DNA of 64,000 nucleotides, from contig OU015569.1 in assembly GCA_907165135.1 (NCBI GenBank), positions 3,224,001-3,288,000 of the forward strand, given 5' to 3'. Every line of letters begins with the position of its first letter. The first letter of the stretch is position 1. The DNA is from Oikopleura dioica (lineage: Eukaryota; Animalia; Chordata). Positions 1 to 12,545 of this stretch are shown in pieces. Both the position numbers and the translations under genes were made by a program. Below the pieces are notes generated by a model, which was given only the letters and a program-made list of their open reading frames with translations, was not told the DNA's origin and did not search any database.

Positions 1-19
1 TCTGATCTTACTTTTATAG

Positions 20-723
20 GCATGGGATGAAGACTTCGAGGCGATCCAATGGGGCGAACACAACCAAGGGGAAACGATCTTGGTTAACTTCGAGCTCCTC
101 TTTATGGTACGTCTGAATTTCGCTGCTTTAAATTAACGGAACAACTTTTAGTTTGCCCAAGGCCACGGAGAATTCGCCTGTTACCGGCCAACGAACTACG
201 AAGACAACTTTGTAGCCGGACAGGCGAACCGACTCGAGCACAATCTCGTGCACATTTACGGTTTCAATGGTATCGGCTGTGAAAATTTGGAAGAAGATCG
301 CATGCTCAACGAGCAATCCCACGTCCGTATGTTCCAAGCAACCAATGAAACATTTCTTCATCAATTTTTAGTCGACGGTTTCTTCGACAAACTGGACGGA
401 ATCTGCCACAAGTACGGGCTCAACTCCGCGGGGCAATGGCACGAGTTCCACCACTCCGACTTTTTTCAAAGCGGTGAGAACAAAAAACTACTCTTCTCCT
501 TGATTTCATAACTATTTCTAGACAATCCCAAGATCGAGGACCGCCACAGGCCGAAGAGAAAGAACTCCAAGTTTTTCAAAATCTGCCAGACGCTGAAAAT
601 CGACTATCGCGTCCGAAAAAATGGCTTCGAGAAGAACGCTGTAAGTCTCAAAACTATCGGTATTTTTCATGAATCCGGTTACTTCAGCAAGACGGAGTCC
701 CAAAGCCGAACCGAAAAAAGTAG
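20..723 (+). CDS. 3' part of a multi-exon gene of unknown function (5' end lies outside the window)
   Basis: Exons 20-106, 152-473, 522-640 and 688-723 are joined by GT-AG introns of 45, 48 and 47 nt. The frame is kept throughout (AWDEDFEAIQWGEH...QDGVPKPNRKK*). No family motif recognised. Confidence 0.75.
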
Positions 724-1008
724 AAGGACTCGCTTCAATTAAATTAAATTGCCTCACTTATCATATGCACTGTCAGCTTCAATTATCTGCCAATCTGCTA
801 TTTCCAGTTACTTTGATTGAAATAAACCCTAATCTTGGTCAAAAAGGCTTATACCGAATTCGACAAATGCCCGTTTGAGAACGAGGGATTTGAACATAAT
901 GAATGGAAATTTATTGGAGTGTCTGTTGATTTACTGTAGAATAAGCAAAATGAAAACTAAGGCAGATGATATAAAAATATAGTATCTTTCAAGAAAACGC
1001 AGGTTATA

Positions 1009-1842
1009 ACATACCCCACCCCCAAGTTTTCGCGCATTCCTCGGTGCATTTTCCGTAATTTACTCTTCCTGATTTGTCCAAAACCCCCCAAATTTACGCC
1101 GCTTAACTTTTCCGCGCGCCTCAAAATTTCTTCTCCTAACTTTTCTGCGTGCGCCCAAATTTACTCTCGCGGCGCTGATCGGCTTCGTCGGTTAACTTTC
1201 TGAGTGCACAAAAGTCTTGTTTAGCTCGCTCCGGGTAAAGAAAGGATGATCTTTAATAAAAAGCGAGATGCCCTTATAGGGCAGCCCTATCTTATGTAAT
1301 CTTTGATAAAATTATTGTTTATTATTACAGTGAAGATAGATGAAAAGTTTTCATTCAGAATTTTTCATTTCAAAAGTCGTTACGACTTCTGCGGAGCAAA
1401 ATCCTGACCTCAATATTTTAAGTTACTCGAATGGTATGATTTTTATGTGTCCAAGCCACGAAAAATTTCCAATTCTGGCGCCTCAAGTACCTGAAAACCA
1501 ACTGTATTCGACTGCTTTTCACATGCTTTTAGTATTTGCATGTTACTTAAAATTATCTATTCTAAGTCGAGTTAAAATTTCTGTAAAAACAACTTTGAGA
1601 ACATGCACTAATAAATAAGTATTACTAAATTTTCTTTCGCGCCCGTTAATGAATCATTAGCATTGACGCGCATTTCAGCGGGTCGCGAGTAAATTTGGGC
1701 GCACTCGGAAAAGTTAGGAGAAGAAATTTGGAAACGCGGGGAAATGCGAGGAAGCGTAAATTTCGGGGTTTCGGAAAAGTTAGGAAACGTAAACTTGGGC
1801 GAAATACCACGATTTGCGCGGAAATTTAGGGGAGGGGTATGT
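1009..1842. mobile_element. Non-autonomous TIR element (MITE) with TA target duplication, Tc1/mariner-type footprint
   Basis: TA|ACATACCCC...GGGGTATGT|TA. Imperfect subterminal inverted repeats, e.g. ~1124-1168 versus ~1685-1729. AT-rich core with no credible ORF. Confidence 0.75.
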
Positions 1843-1855
1843 TATGTAGAATTAC

Positions 1856-3630
1856 TCAGGTTGAAGAAAATATGGTATCGCCAGTAGCAGCGTTTACGTC
1901 GTCGAGAGTAGAGTCGCTCTTGTCAAGGGCAAAAACACGGCCACAATCGTCCAGCAGGTTCAGCTGGCCATCTTTTACTTTTTCTTTAAAGAGCTTTTTG
2001 AACATCACTTGAATGAGCTACGAAACGGATTAAAAGGGCAGCATTGGAACAATAGTTACCTTGATTTTTGTGGTCTTTATCAACTCCTTTTCGATGCACT
2101 CGCCGGATTTACTCTTGAGATTGATCTTGAGCATCTTTGACTCCATTGTTGTCGCCATTTTGACTAGAGTAAACTCCTTAGATTGCCTTTTGCCCAAACA
2201 TACCTTGTTGCACAGGCTCACCCAGTTTCTTAACAAGTTCTTTCCACCTCGGATTCGCTACGAAAAAACAATGAGGACGGATTAAACGAAGATTGAACGA
2301 ATTACTTTTGTAAAATTGCTCTGACGAAGGCCCTGGAGTCAGGGCGTACCACTCGTTCGCTTTTCTATTCAAATAGTCGATTTCTGCCCCTCTTCGCGTG
2401 TTTAGCTTTGCACCTGTGCTCAGGCTGTCTGCATCCGTCGCTGGGATGAAACTTCTGTTCAGATACAACAAATTCTCCATTCTAGCTTTTTGCTTGGATC
2501 ACTTTTTCATCTCTAGCAAGTCGTCAATGATCTGCAAAATGAGATCCATTCCTATGATTTCCTGGCGAGAGTCGTCGTTGTCTTCGCCCACAGTGGAAAT
2601 GTTATTTACTGACAAGTGAGTCAAGCTTTCCATCACGACGTTGAGATTGGAGAAGCATTCGAGATTGTCGATTAGATTGCCGGACAAAATCATTTGCGTG
2701 AGCTTCGGGAAGCGAGCTTCATGACTTGTGATGTTCCGCAGAGAGCAGTTGCTAATGTTGAGGTCTTCTAGCGACAGTTGAACTTTGCTTTATCGAGTTG
2801 AAGAATTTTTTTTTTCATTTTTGACGAAGGATCTTGAAAAATTGCTCTTGAACTCCTTTCCTAAGAAGATTGACAAGCTCCTCCCACGAGTTTATTTCTT
2901 TATTGTCGCTCAGATCCAAAAATGTTAAGTTCCCAGGAAGATTCCATTTTGATTCTTTGAGAGAAAGCCGATTGCCCGACAGATTTAGCTTCTTCAAATT
3001 TGGGAACATGGCTGATAAAAGCGCTAAATCTTCGTCGTCGTAGTCGCAATTGCAGAGAATCAAACTGTCGATGGACTGAAAAGCTAAATTTTCCATGCCC
3101 GCTGAGTTTAATTTCATTCTAGAGGCTGTGAGTTCTCGTATTTCTGTCACTTCGACTGATTCGTGAACTTGTTTCCAGCTAGTTATCTTTGTATTGGAAA
3201 TGTCGAGGTGGCGGCATTTCGGAGTTTTCTGGAGAATCGTTTCCCTTGACAATGAAACTACTGGAAAATCGGTTATTGAGACGGAACGCAGCTCCGTCGT
3301 CGGCGTTTCAATCAAAAACAACGCTGAGCTGTTCATTGCTCCGACTTTTTCTTCCAATTCCGTGTTTCTCTCGTATTGAGCTATCAGCGCTTCTTCCAAG
3401 CTCATTTCTTCGACAATTTTTGAAGGCTTGACGAAGCTGCCGAAGTTCTGCGCGCACTCAAAGTACCGCTTTCCATTGTGTGTTCCATCGTGCTTGCCAA
3501 TCGGCTCCACGTAGACAATCCCGATCCAGCAATCTTCTGGTCGACCTTCGATTGCACCTACGTAGGCCACTGTGGCCATTTGTATCGAGGTTTTATGCCT
3601 GACCCCGATTTTGTTGCCGACACAGACCAT
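1856..3630 (-). CDS. TBCE: Tubulin-specific chaperone E (CAP-Gly + LRR + UBL), multi-exon
   Basis: N-terminal CAP-Gly with GKHDG, then LRRs (LKKLNLSGN, LTFLDLSDN), SRQEIIARMENL, RRGAEIDYL and NPRWKELVKKLGEP. The C-terminal UBL-like exon ends with TGA at 1856-1858. Confidence 0.92.
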
Positions 3631-3631
3631 T

Positions 3632-3681
3632 CTTCAGAAACAGAAAATGATTGATGAGCGGAAGAATAAAGAAGCTTTATT
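3632..3681 (-). promoter_or_regulatory. Intercistronic signals: AATAAA followed by an unpaired AG acceptor (putative SL trans-splice site) before TBCE
   Basis: Minus-strand AATAAA at 3676-3681. ttttctgtttctgaag|aATG, with the AG ending at 3632 and the ATG at 3630. Confidence 0.55.
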
Positions 3682-3914
3682 GGAATGTGAAAAGAGGTGA
3701 ATACAGTGGTGTTTAGGGCAGTAACTGTAAAGTGGTGTCTTGTGAACCGTGAAAAGAGGTTTAACTTGGACTTTTTTCTATTTGAAGTTTATCTTGGGTA
3801 AAATGCTTCTTCTGAAGGCGCTGCTTGCGATTTTCGCCGATGAGGACTGCAGATTTCGATGATTTCCGGAAGCCTACCAAGCACAAGCGTTTATAGAGGA
3901 CATGAGTTCATATA

Positions 3915-6900
3915 TTACCGTAAGTTTTCGTCTACGTAGAAGTTGTTGTAGTCGTAAACATTGGAGAAGCCCTCGATTCCGAGATTGACCTCCAGGGAGC
4001 GCATGAGATCGCAGAAAAAGCGCACAGAATCTCGGAATGATTTTCCAGCAGCGAAAGCGCTAGAACGATGAGCTGTTAGTTCAGGTCTTCGTAAAAGAAG
4101 CTTACGTATAAAGAAGCTCTTCGTCTTCGGCGACCAGGTATTTGCCGAAGCAGACACAGAACATGACGATATTGCTCATCATTTTGTTCTTGTGCGCAAG
4201 GAAGCGTTTCATATCATTCGTGAGCAAGCAGCCAGTTTTAATATGATGCAGGTATTCATCATGCGCTAGGAAAAAAAAAGTATTTTTCAATGAGTTAAAT
4301 CTTTCTTTACCAGGTAAAGTTTACCTTTTTTCAGCGAGTCGATTGTGAGCTCTCCAGCACGCTTCAATTTCTCCAGGTCCTTCTCGAGCTTCTTCCACTG
4401 CGCTTGCATCATGAACGTACAGATGAAGTTGTAATACTGGCCGACAAAGACTGTCATCTCATTTCTGATCAAGTTCAGCTTTCTCAACTCGTACGTAAGC
4501 GTTTGGCCTCGCTGCGAGTATGTAATCGATTGTAAATTCCAAATCGCAAATCGCATGTCTTGAATGTTGAATAAAAGGTTTCCCCGCTCGTTTATTGAGC
4601 CTACCGAATAGGAATTTGTTGACTTCTCTGTATGTTTCTTGTGCTTGTTCATCGACGATGAGGTTGTGGGGAAAGGCACTGTCCAAGTAGAGCGAAAGGC
4701 CTTTCAGATTTGAAAGCGGACTTTTATTCTCGGAGCGATTCTTGGCAAAATCTATGTACAGCTTGTCGATGTGCTTTTGCGATTCGATCATGTTCGTTGA
4801 TAGTTTACTGGATAAAAAATAAGCTTCGTCGACTTCAAATAAGCCTTACCATCTGTTGAGGCAAAAATTGAGCATCGATGCGCCACCCTCAAAGTTCCCC
4901 GTCACCAGCGGGAAAATCTCATCGAAAAACGCCATCGAAAACACTCCGTCTTGGAACCAGACCAGTTGACTTGTCGCTTGCAAATACCCGATCATGTCGT
5001 GAATTTCCATTATTTCAAACATCAACGCGTCCTCTTTTGAGAGTTGTTTATTTCATGAGCAGTTTTTAGAAACTTACTTATCAAAGACGCGTAGATTTTG
5101 ATGGGATCCTTCAATACAGCGTCAACATTGTTGAAGAAGTCGATTACTTCTTGCGTATCCAGAGGTTTATCTTCTTCCTGAATTGCTGAGGGTGAAACTG
5201 ACTGTATGGTGATTCACATACAGTCTCAAAAACAAAGATAAAGAACTTACCAAGTATGTCGTGACAGACGAAAGCGGGTTCTCCCTCCTCGAGGACTCCC
5301 TCTGGCTTCTTATCACGCTCTCGACTTCAAAGTTGACTTTCTGCATGAATTCCTCTTGTGTGATCACTCTTTCGCGGGGCTTAATCGCTTGCTCTTCGCG
5401 CTCCATCTCCTCCCATGCCTTTTTTGTTATGATAGTTCCGCGGACAAAGCCAGACTCGGAAATGCCCTTTCCGGAGATAACCTTTTTCCGTGGAATAAAC
5501 GTCGCCCCGGATTCAGTTGTCGCACTTTCTTCGCTCACGTGGGGCTTTTGCTGATCGACCTCCATTGGGAAAGATGCAGACGAATTGTTTTGAAGACTTT
5601 ATACAGGCTAAATACTGTATCGAAACAATAAGAGATCACTTTCTTGATACAATTTCAGATTATTTTTATCGTCTTTTGATCGAGACAAGTCAAAATATCC
5701 AGCCATGATTCCTGATTTCATCATTTCTCGATTCCTTCTCCCCATCAATTTCCATTTCTTCAACCGATTCGCTCTCATTCGTTCGCGACTGTAACTGCTC
5801 CTTCAGTAGATCAACCTCTTCATCTATCTTTTCTGGTGATAGAATGTATTCTGGTGATTTTTCATTCTCTTTCTTCTGATATTCTTCGATGAGCCTAGCT
5901 TTTTCTTCTTCAATCAAGCGCTCCTTTTCATTAATATACTTTTTTCGCGATTGCTCTTCGATTTCTTCCAACTCTTGCTGCAATTTCCGGAGTCTGATTT
6001 TGTCTGAAATCTGCTGGTTGAGCATTGATCTGAACGACAACTGTCGATTCCTCAGTTCAATCGCTCGTTTCACCCGCAGTTTTTCCGCTTTTAGGTCGAT
6101 TTGCTCGTTTTTCTTCCGCCTTTTTTCTTGAAGTCGTTCGTAATCTTTTCTGATGCTTTCGTAATGCTCCTCTTTGCGCGTTTCAATTTGAATATAAGAC
6201 TCGGCGATCCACGAGGAGTATTCTTTCTTCCATTTTTCAACAGAAGTTTTGGACATTTCGCGAATTTGCGGAACGTTGCTGTGGAAGAGCGGGTGATCAG
6301 GGGTCATTATTCTCAGAATGTGGCAGCTTTTTGTGACGAGTAGCAGAGTTGGAACGAGCTTGTAAATCAGGGGGTTGTGATGTGCGTCTGGTCGAAGGCG
6401 GAAGAGAGAATCCCAGCATGAGCGGTCACGCCTGTGCTGGAGGTTGTAGTCCTTTAGCAAGGGTTAATTCAAACGGATATGGGATTGTTTTTTGTGGAAA
6501 AAATGATACCGCGTGAATATGAATCATCACAAAAAAACGTCATCAAATGGAAAAATGATGAAAACTTCCTACATTCTTTTGATAAAATTCTGAACCCTGC
6601 CTTAACTATACTCTCGGTGAGCAATCCACAATGCTGATCGAGATAGATCCAGCTGTAAACAGAATCGAGCACCGGAACAGTCAGGTCGCGAATCATCAGC
6701 GACGCATATTGCAAGACACCATTGATGCGCGCGTTGGAAATAATATCGGCGATGGAAGAACTCTTCTCGCCAAGCATGAGCGCGCATGCGTGAATCGCCG
6801 CTAAGTCGCCAAACAGTCTTTTAGAAATCGCTTTGATTTCGTTGACGGATTCGATCTTCAGCGAAAAGATGCACGATTCCACAGCAATGACGATGTTGCG

Positions 6901-7941
6901 AAGCGACCAGCTTAATTTTTGACGCACGATTCTGTCACTTTTCGCGTATTCGTCGATCATTTCCTTCACGCGAAAGATCAGTTCACGATTTTCGTTAAGC
7001 GATTTTCGCTCTGACTCGAATGCTTCTTTGGTCAATCCTTCCGCCAGGCAGGAATCGTCCAGGGAAAGATGTGATGAATGGCCGGTTATGTATAGCTTGA
7101 TTTCTTTCTGTAACTCTTCTTGGGATAGTATGATTCTTCCTGTGTAAGGTCCACAGGCCTTTGAAGAGTCTTTCAGCTCCTGAGAGGGATTCAAATCGGT
7201 GGAAACAGCGCTGCTGAAACTTCCATCAGCAGGGGCATTTTTAGAGGCAAGACGGGTTGTTGGCTCGACAGTATTTGCACGGAGAAACAAGCTGGACAAG
7301 GACCGAGAGTCTTCTGATAGTTGAGTCGGATTCAGAGAGAATTGTGAGTCTATTCCAGAATCGACCGAAGCCTGGGCGGAAAGACGCGATCGCTTGGAAA
7401 AGAGATGATAAGTGGAATGATCGAACATGTCTTTTGAAATCTGCTCGGCGCTCAGGTCGAGCGCATTTTTCGTCCTGTTGATGAGCGATTTGACTTCTTT
7501 GTGGAAAGTGCTGTACTCATCAAATACTGAGGCTTCTTTTCTAATTGAATGTGGCTGCTGGTCACGATTTAGACGATCGTTCATTTCGGAAAAGACGGAA
7601 GTCCGCTCGGAGAAGAGGGTTGAATTGGCGCTCGATTTGTTGAGCGAAGAAAGGTAGAATAGAAATTTGAGAATTTGCGACGTCTCGAAGCTCCCGAACG
7701 CGCCAGACATTTTAAATCTCTCCGTTGCTTCAACGAGTTCCTTGGCCAAATGCGGCTGCGAGTGTTGATAGTTATCCAGGGCGAAGAGAAGCGAGAGGGA
7801 AGAGCTGCTTGTCTCGCTCAAATCAACGCCAGAGTCCTCGTTGTTTTCAAGGAAAGAAGAGTAAAGAGTGCCCAGTTTGGGGAGTTGAGCCGCAGCATCG
7901 CCCGACAACGACTCCAACAATCGACGAAGAGCTTCGAGCAT
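3915..7941 (-). CDS. TUBGCP6: Gamma-tubulin complex component (Spc97/Spc98 family), most like GCP6, multi-exon
   Basis: GRIP1-like motifs (VYSWIY, WDSLFRL), a long coiled-coil/acidic insertion (~5170-6200) typical of GCP6, and GRIP2-like motifs (LNLIRNEMTVFV, AHDEYL, YDYNNFY). The paralog assignment rests on the insertion. Confidence 0.78.
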
Positions 7942-9629
7942 CTCGCCCGCCGATCTACAAAAAAATTTTGTGAGAACAAATTCTCAGATTCACAGGCGGC
8001 GCCGAGGAACAGCTGTGAGAAAAAGGCCAAACAAGATGCATGCGAAAAAATATGCACAGCTGCTTCTTGAAAAAATGGCGACTCTTTACTTCAGATAAAT
8101 TCTTAGAAACTAAGATGAGAATCTTCTGAAAATGCAAATTTTAGGCAATAAGGGTTTTCGTAGAATTAACTAGCTTCTAGATTCTTTCGGAATAAACAGT
8201 TTTTTGGAATCATGATCAGTTCCCTCTACTAACAGAAAATAATAGGTACCCAGGTCGGTTTACGGTATTTACGGGTTTTTCAGGAAAATCGAGAAGCCGC
8301 TTGCGACTGAGCTCGGCAACCTGTCTACAACCTGTAGAAAACCCCAGTCTGAAAGATATCTAGTGAAAACCCGCTTTCGGGCTTTGTTTCAGACCCTGAC
8401 TCAGGTATTCTACACAGGATGCAGAGCCCAGGCTTGCGGCTTCGAGCAAGGTGAACAAAAACATAACCATAATCAAATTTTTATGGAAGAAAGAACAGTT
8501 GGTTATTTAAGAATTTACGAAAGCATGAGAAATAGGGTGGCTCACTTTTCGGGAAGGTCTTCCGATTACGTTCTATCCTTGTCAGGTGGAATGTTTCTAC
8601 CCATACAACATATAAAAAATAAAAATTCGAAAAAAAATTTTTTTCCCCAAAATTTTTTTCCAGAATATATTCTCAAAATACAGTTTTCGTACTGTAATTT
8701 CTCGGCACATACCCGAACCTTAGTACTAAATTACATTTTTCGAAAGAGCTCATCAAGCCGGTCATTATGATAACCATATCTTTTTTCGGACAGAAGTGTG
8801 ACAAAAACTATGGCCAGTTTACCCCAGGTTTTTTGGCCAAAATATCGAAAATTTCAGGCTTTTTCCTGAATTTCAAAGGCAGATAAAAATACTTTCCGAA
8901 AATCTCAAAGGGGTGGTTGAGTGCTTAAAATACTCAGCGGAATGAGCTCTTTCAGATAAGCACAAGAAATCGGGTGTGCCGGGAAATTGTTGAAAAAGTG
9001 AGCCACCCTAATGAGAAAAAGAAAAATAAGATAAATTGGAGTGGTTTTGGTTTTATTGGAGAAATTAGGTTAATAGTACGCGATTTATTTCTCTCTTTTG
9101 AGATTGTTCTGATAAAACAAATTGCGGATAGCAATTTCAATCGCAAAGATCGAGTCACGGGTGATTTCATTGTTTTCCCTTCGTGTGAGTCAGGCTTCCC
9201 TTTTGCCCGATCGAGGTCGGGGTCAAAAGCCGCCTCCAGCTGGGCGCTCGAGGGGCCAAAAGGCGCCTACGACCAAGACTCACCAAAAAGCTCAAATCGC
9301 TGAAATTATTCAAACGAGAACGAGAAACTTTTTTTCAGCGCGAATTTTTTTAAAGTTTCGGCAACCAGCTTACTTTCTCAAAAATTAAGAGGCACTAGAA
9401 AACAAAAGCCCTACATTCTCAAAAAATAAAAAGGTAAACTCTCATTTTCTTTTTATCATGGTTTTTTAGCATTTATTGATATCTGAATGGGAGCTTTTTG
9501 AATATCATTAAGAAATTTTATTACAGTAGAGAAATTACGTGAAAAAGGCGCAGTTTATCGCAATTTTCAGTCTAACTGGATCTTATTTAAACACGAGCAA
9601 AAGTCAGAAAAGTAAAAGAAAATTTTAGG

Positions 9630-10109
9630 ATGCCCGGCGCCGCTGAAAATCGTCGCACACCTCCCCGCTCATCACCCGCTCATTCTTGGGGCTCCGGCTC
9701 TTCTCATCCGAGCTCGAGCGAGTCCGAGGGCCGCCCCAGGTTCTTCGGTCCGCGGCGAGGAGGAGCACAGTACAACAACGGTTCCAACTCGTGGGGCAAC
9801 AACCAAACGCCTAGCCGACCGAGCGGCCAGCACTTCCGGCGCAACAGGATAAACTCCTCTTCTGACACGGACTCGGTCGAGCGTTTCGCAGGCGCACGGT
9901 AAGCCGTACAAAGCTCTTCTCGACCTTAATTCCTAATTGTTAGGTTTTCCTCGCCGCCCAGCCCAAATGCAGTACCGCTGCCACCACTCGAGTGGCTCAA
10001 TGTCGCCAACAACAAAGAGCATCAAGAGTCCCCCCCGACTTCACCGTTCTCCGACGAGCTCAGTTCCGCCACTCTAATTCTCAAAGACATTCTCAGCTTC
10101 AAGGCCTAA
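9630..10109 (+). CDS. PNRC: PNRC-family proline-rich protein (decapping/NMD cofactor motif), 2 exons
   Basis: A 45-nt intron (9899-9943) joins FAGAR|FSSPPSPNAVPLPPLEW, matching the PNRC motif [21 protein letters not shown]. The C-terminus is LKDILSFKA*. An AG acceptor lies 1 nt before the ATG. Confidence 0.8.
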
Positions 10110-10564
10110 ACAATTCGCAAAACGACAACACACGTGTATAATAGCTTGGTTGCATTAAGAAGTTCACAAATCTATCTTCCAAAAGTAAGTTTTTTTAATC
10201 CAAATTATCACCGCCCAAGATCTCGGCTAATCCCAACACGGGGAGCAAAGCCCCCCGCAACATTTTAACCTAGATTTAATGGCTCCCCGAAATATGATTC
10301 TGACCTAGGAGGCTAAATACACTTGATAATTTCAAACTGGGCGGTGGCAAGTCAATGTCATAGACCAAATTTGGGACTAGCTGTAGAAATTATCGAAAAA
10401 TATTTTTGAATTTCAAGCTAAATTTTCACTTTCAGAAGACGGATGATATTCTCGTGTCGATTCTTCACTGTTAATTTTCTGGGATCCAACTCATTTCTTC
10501 AACTCACCGAACATGATCCTAACGATCCCTGCACGAATATTTCTGCAAAGACAAACACACATGA

Positions 10565-11308
10565 ATGGACAATCGTCTTCTCACAAAAAGTTCCTATCTC
10601 CAAACTCAACACCCTCCCTCCTCGACCCCCGCTCTACTGGCGATGCTGCAGCTGCTTTTTACTAAGACGTACAATAGTAAATACGACGATCAACTTACAG
10701 ACAAGATAAGGTGAACTCCCGTGGCCCTCCTTTTATTTTTCACTTTTCTGTTTTTCTTTATTTTAACATTTTGTTATTGTTACTATTTTCAATTCTGTCG
10801 CCTTCGGCGGACAGGTCGGCCAGCGTTGCCCGACTTGCCCACCGCAGGGGACGCGTTCACTCCCAAAGGTTCCCCAAGGGCCTCCTCCTTGTTTTCGTTC
10901 CTTCAGTTTTACCATTTTACGTTTATTCACTGCTCGTTGCCAATTAACAAAGTAATACAAAAAGCCATGCTCAATCACCATTAGCACCGCAGCTGCGATT
11001 TTGCTCAGTAAGTGACTCTTTTAACCGCTCCTGTTCCTTATGTTTCACGCTGGGAGCTGAAATTCGCAAGAATCCAGAATTATCCCCTGGCGTTACTGCC
11101 GTTAGCAATCTTCGTTACAACTTATTACTGTCTATCCACTCTTCCAAAGAGAGCGACAGTAGTTCAACAGGAGCTCGTCCTCCCCGCACCCCGCCCCAAC
11201 CCTGATCTTCTTCTACCAAGCCTAAGCCACGCAATGTTTCAATGCCCTGATTTTTCCACCAGCGTCGGTTTTTCACAGCTCGCTTTTCTCATCCCCTCCA
11301 GATCGTAG
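10565..11308 (+). CDS. Possible 4-exon orphan gene with one hydrophobic segment
   Basis: Three GT-AG junctions can be joined in consistent phase (MDNRLLTK...DKIR|SASVAR...|HAQSPL...|NYPLALLPLAIFVTTYYCL...). No homology recognised. Confidence 0.35.
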
Positions 11309-12545
11309 ACGACCGGCAGTTGATTAAAAGATACTCAGACAGACTGATGACTTTCTCTCTTTCTCTAATCGCCTAAACACTTCAAAAATAAGACTATAAA
11401 GTGCAACGCTGTGCGTCGCGCTATCAGTTCTCACTGTCGGCCATCAGTGCGTCTGACCGAGATATTTCCAACTGGCAGTCACTTTATTTTACGTCTACGG
11501 GGTCGAGAAAAATCGGGATGGAAAAGCCGGCGCTTTTGGAAAACGGTTCTTTTTCTGTATGTCGGTATTTCTACCTATTTTGGTTCATAGCCGCGCTTCC
11601 CTGGGCCATCTTTCCAGGGCCAAGTGCGGCTCTTCTGAAGCACAATTCATAATAAGCTCATATCAAAAAACGATCGTTGATTTATCGACGATGTTTCGCT
11701 GACGAATAATTCCATCTCATTCCAGCTTAATTCCTGGCAATATTGCTCTCTCGTGGCTCTACAAGTTCGCTTGGGCCGCGATACAGAGAGCAATACTGTA
11801 CTAGACCTCCCCTCGGTCGCCACTTCTGTTAGTAGCACTAACACGCGCGAACTTCAAACAAGTTCTACCTCCCTTTCCAAGCTAAAAACAACATCGTGCT
11901 GCAACTTCAAGGTGCAATCTGCGCACATTTAGAAACACTCCAAATTCACACCAAATCTCGCAGTTCTTTGCCTTTCTGAGTCTCGTGTTATCTGTCCAAT
12001 CACGTGTTTTATCTATTTAAGACCCGCGCTGGGTCGTAATATTATTATAGAAGCGTGATTACTCAAATATTCCATTCCTGATTCAGTCAAACCGCATCGC
12101 AACTGCCTTATTCGAAACAATCGTAAATTAACCCTGTGTTCATTTCATTTCATTGTCTCCCATTAGGTCTTTCTTTGGCGCCAAATTCTTCTTAAATTCT
12201 GAACACATGGAAACATAATAAACAATATTCGGCAATTAAGCTCTCATTCGGATCCACTTTGAAAGTCCTTGAACATCGCGGAAGCAAATTGGATTCAATT
12301 TTATTGTCTTTTGCAGAATTGATTTCTTTTTTAACTCGCATGCCTAACATTATAAAGAGAGAATTATCGCAGAAAGGATAGGATAGAAAAAACATCAAGC
12401 ATTCGTTTTCGTAACTCGATTATTATCCGATCTAGAGAGAGGCAAATCAGCTACTACAAAAAGCTTCAGACTCTGCAGGACTCTCTGACAGCCACAAAAA
12501 TCGAAATGTACAATCGGCCAACAATATCATCGGTAAAGAGAAGTT

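Noticed and set aside
128-757. Minus-strand ORFs 128-364 and 518-757
   Set aside because: They are antisense to a well-phased plus-strand spliced gene.
8240-9390. Probable decayed transposon between the GCP6-like gene and PNRC
   Set aside because: No matching termini or TSD could be defined.
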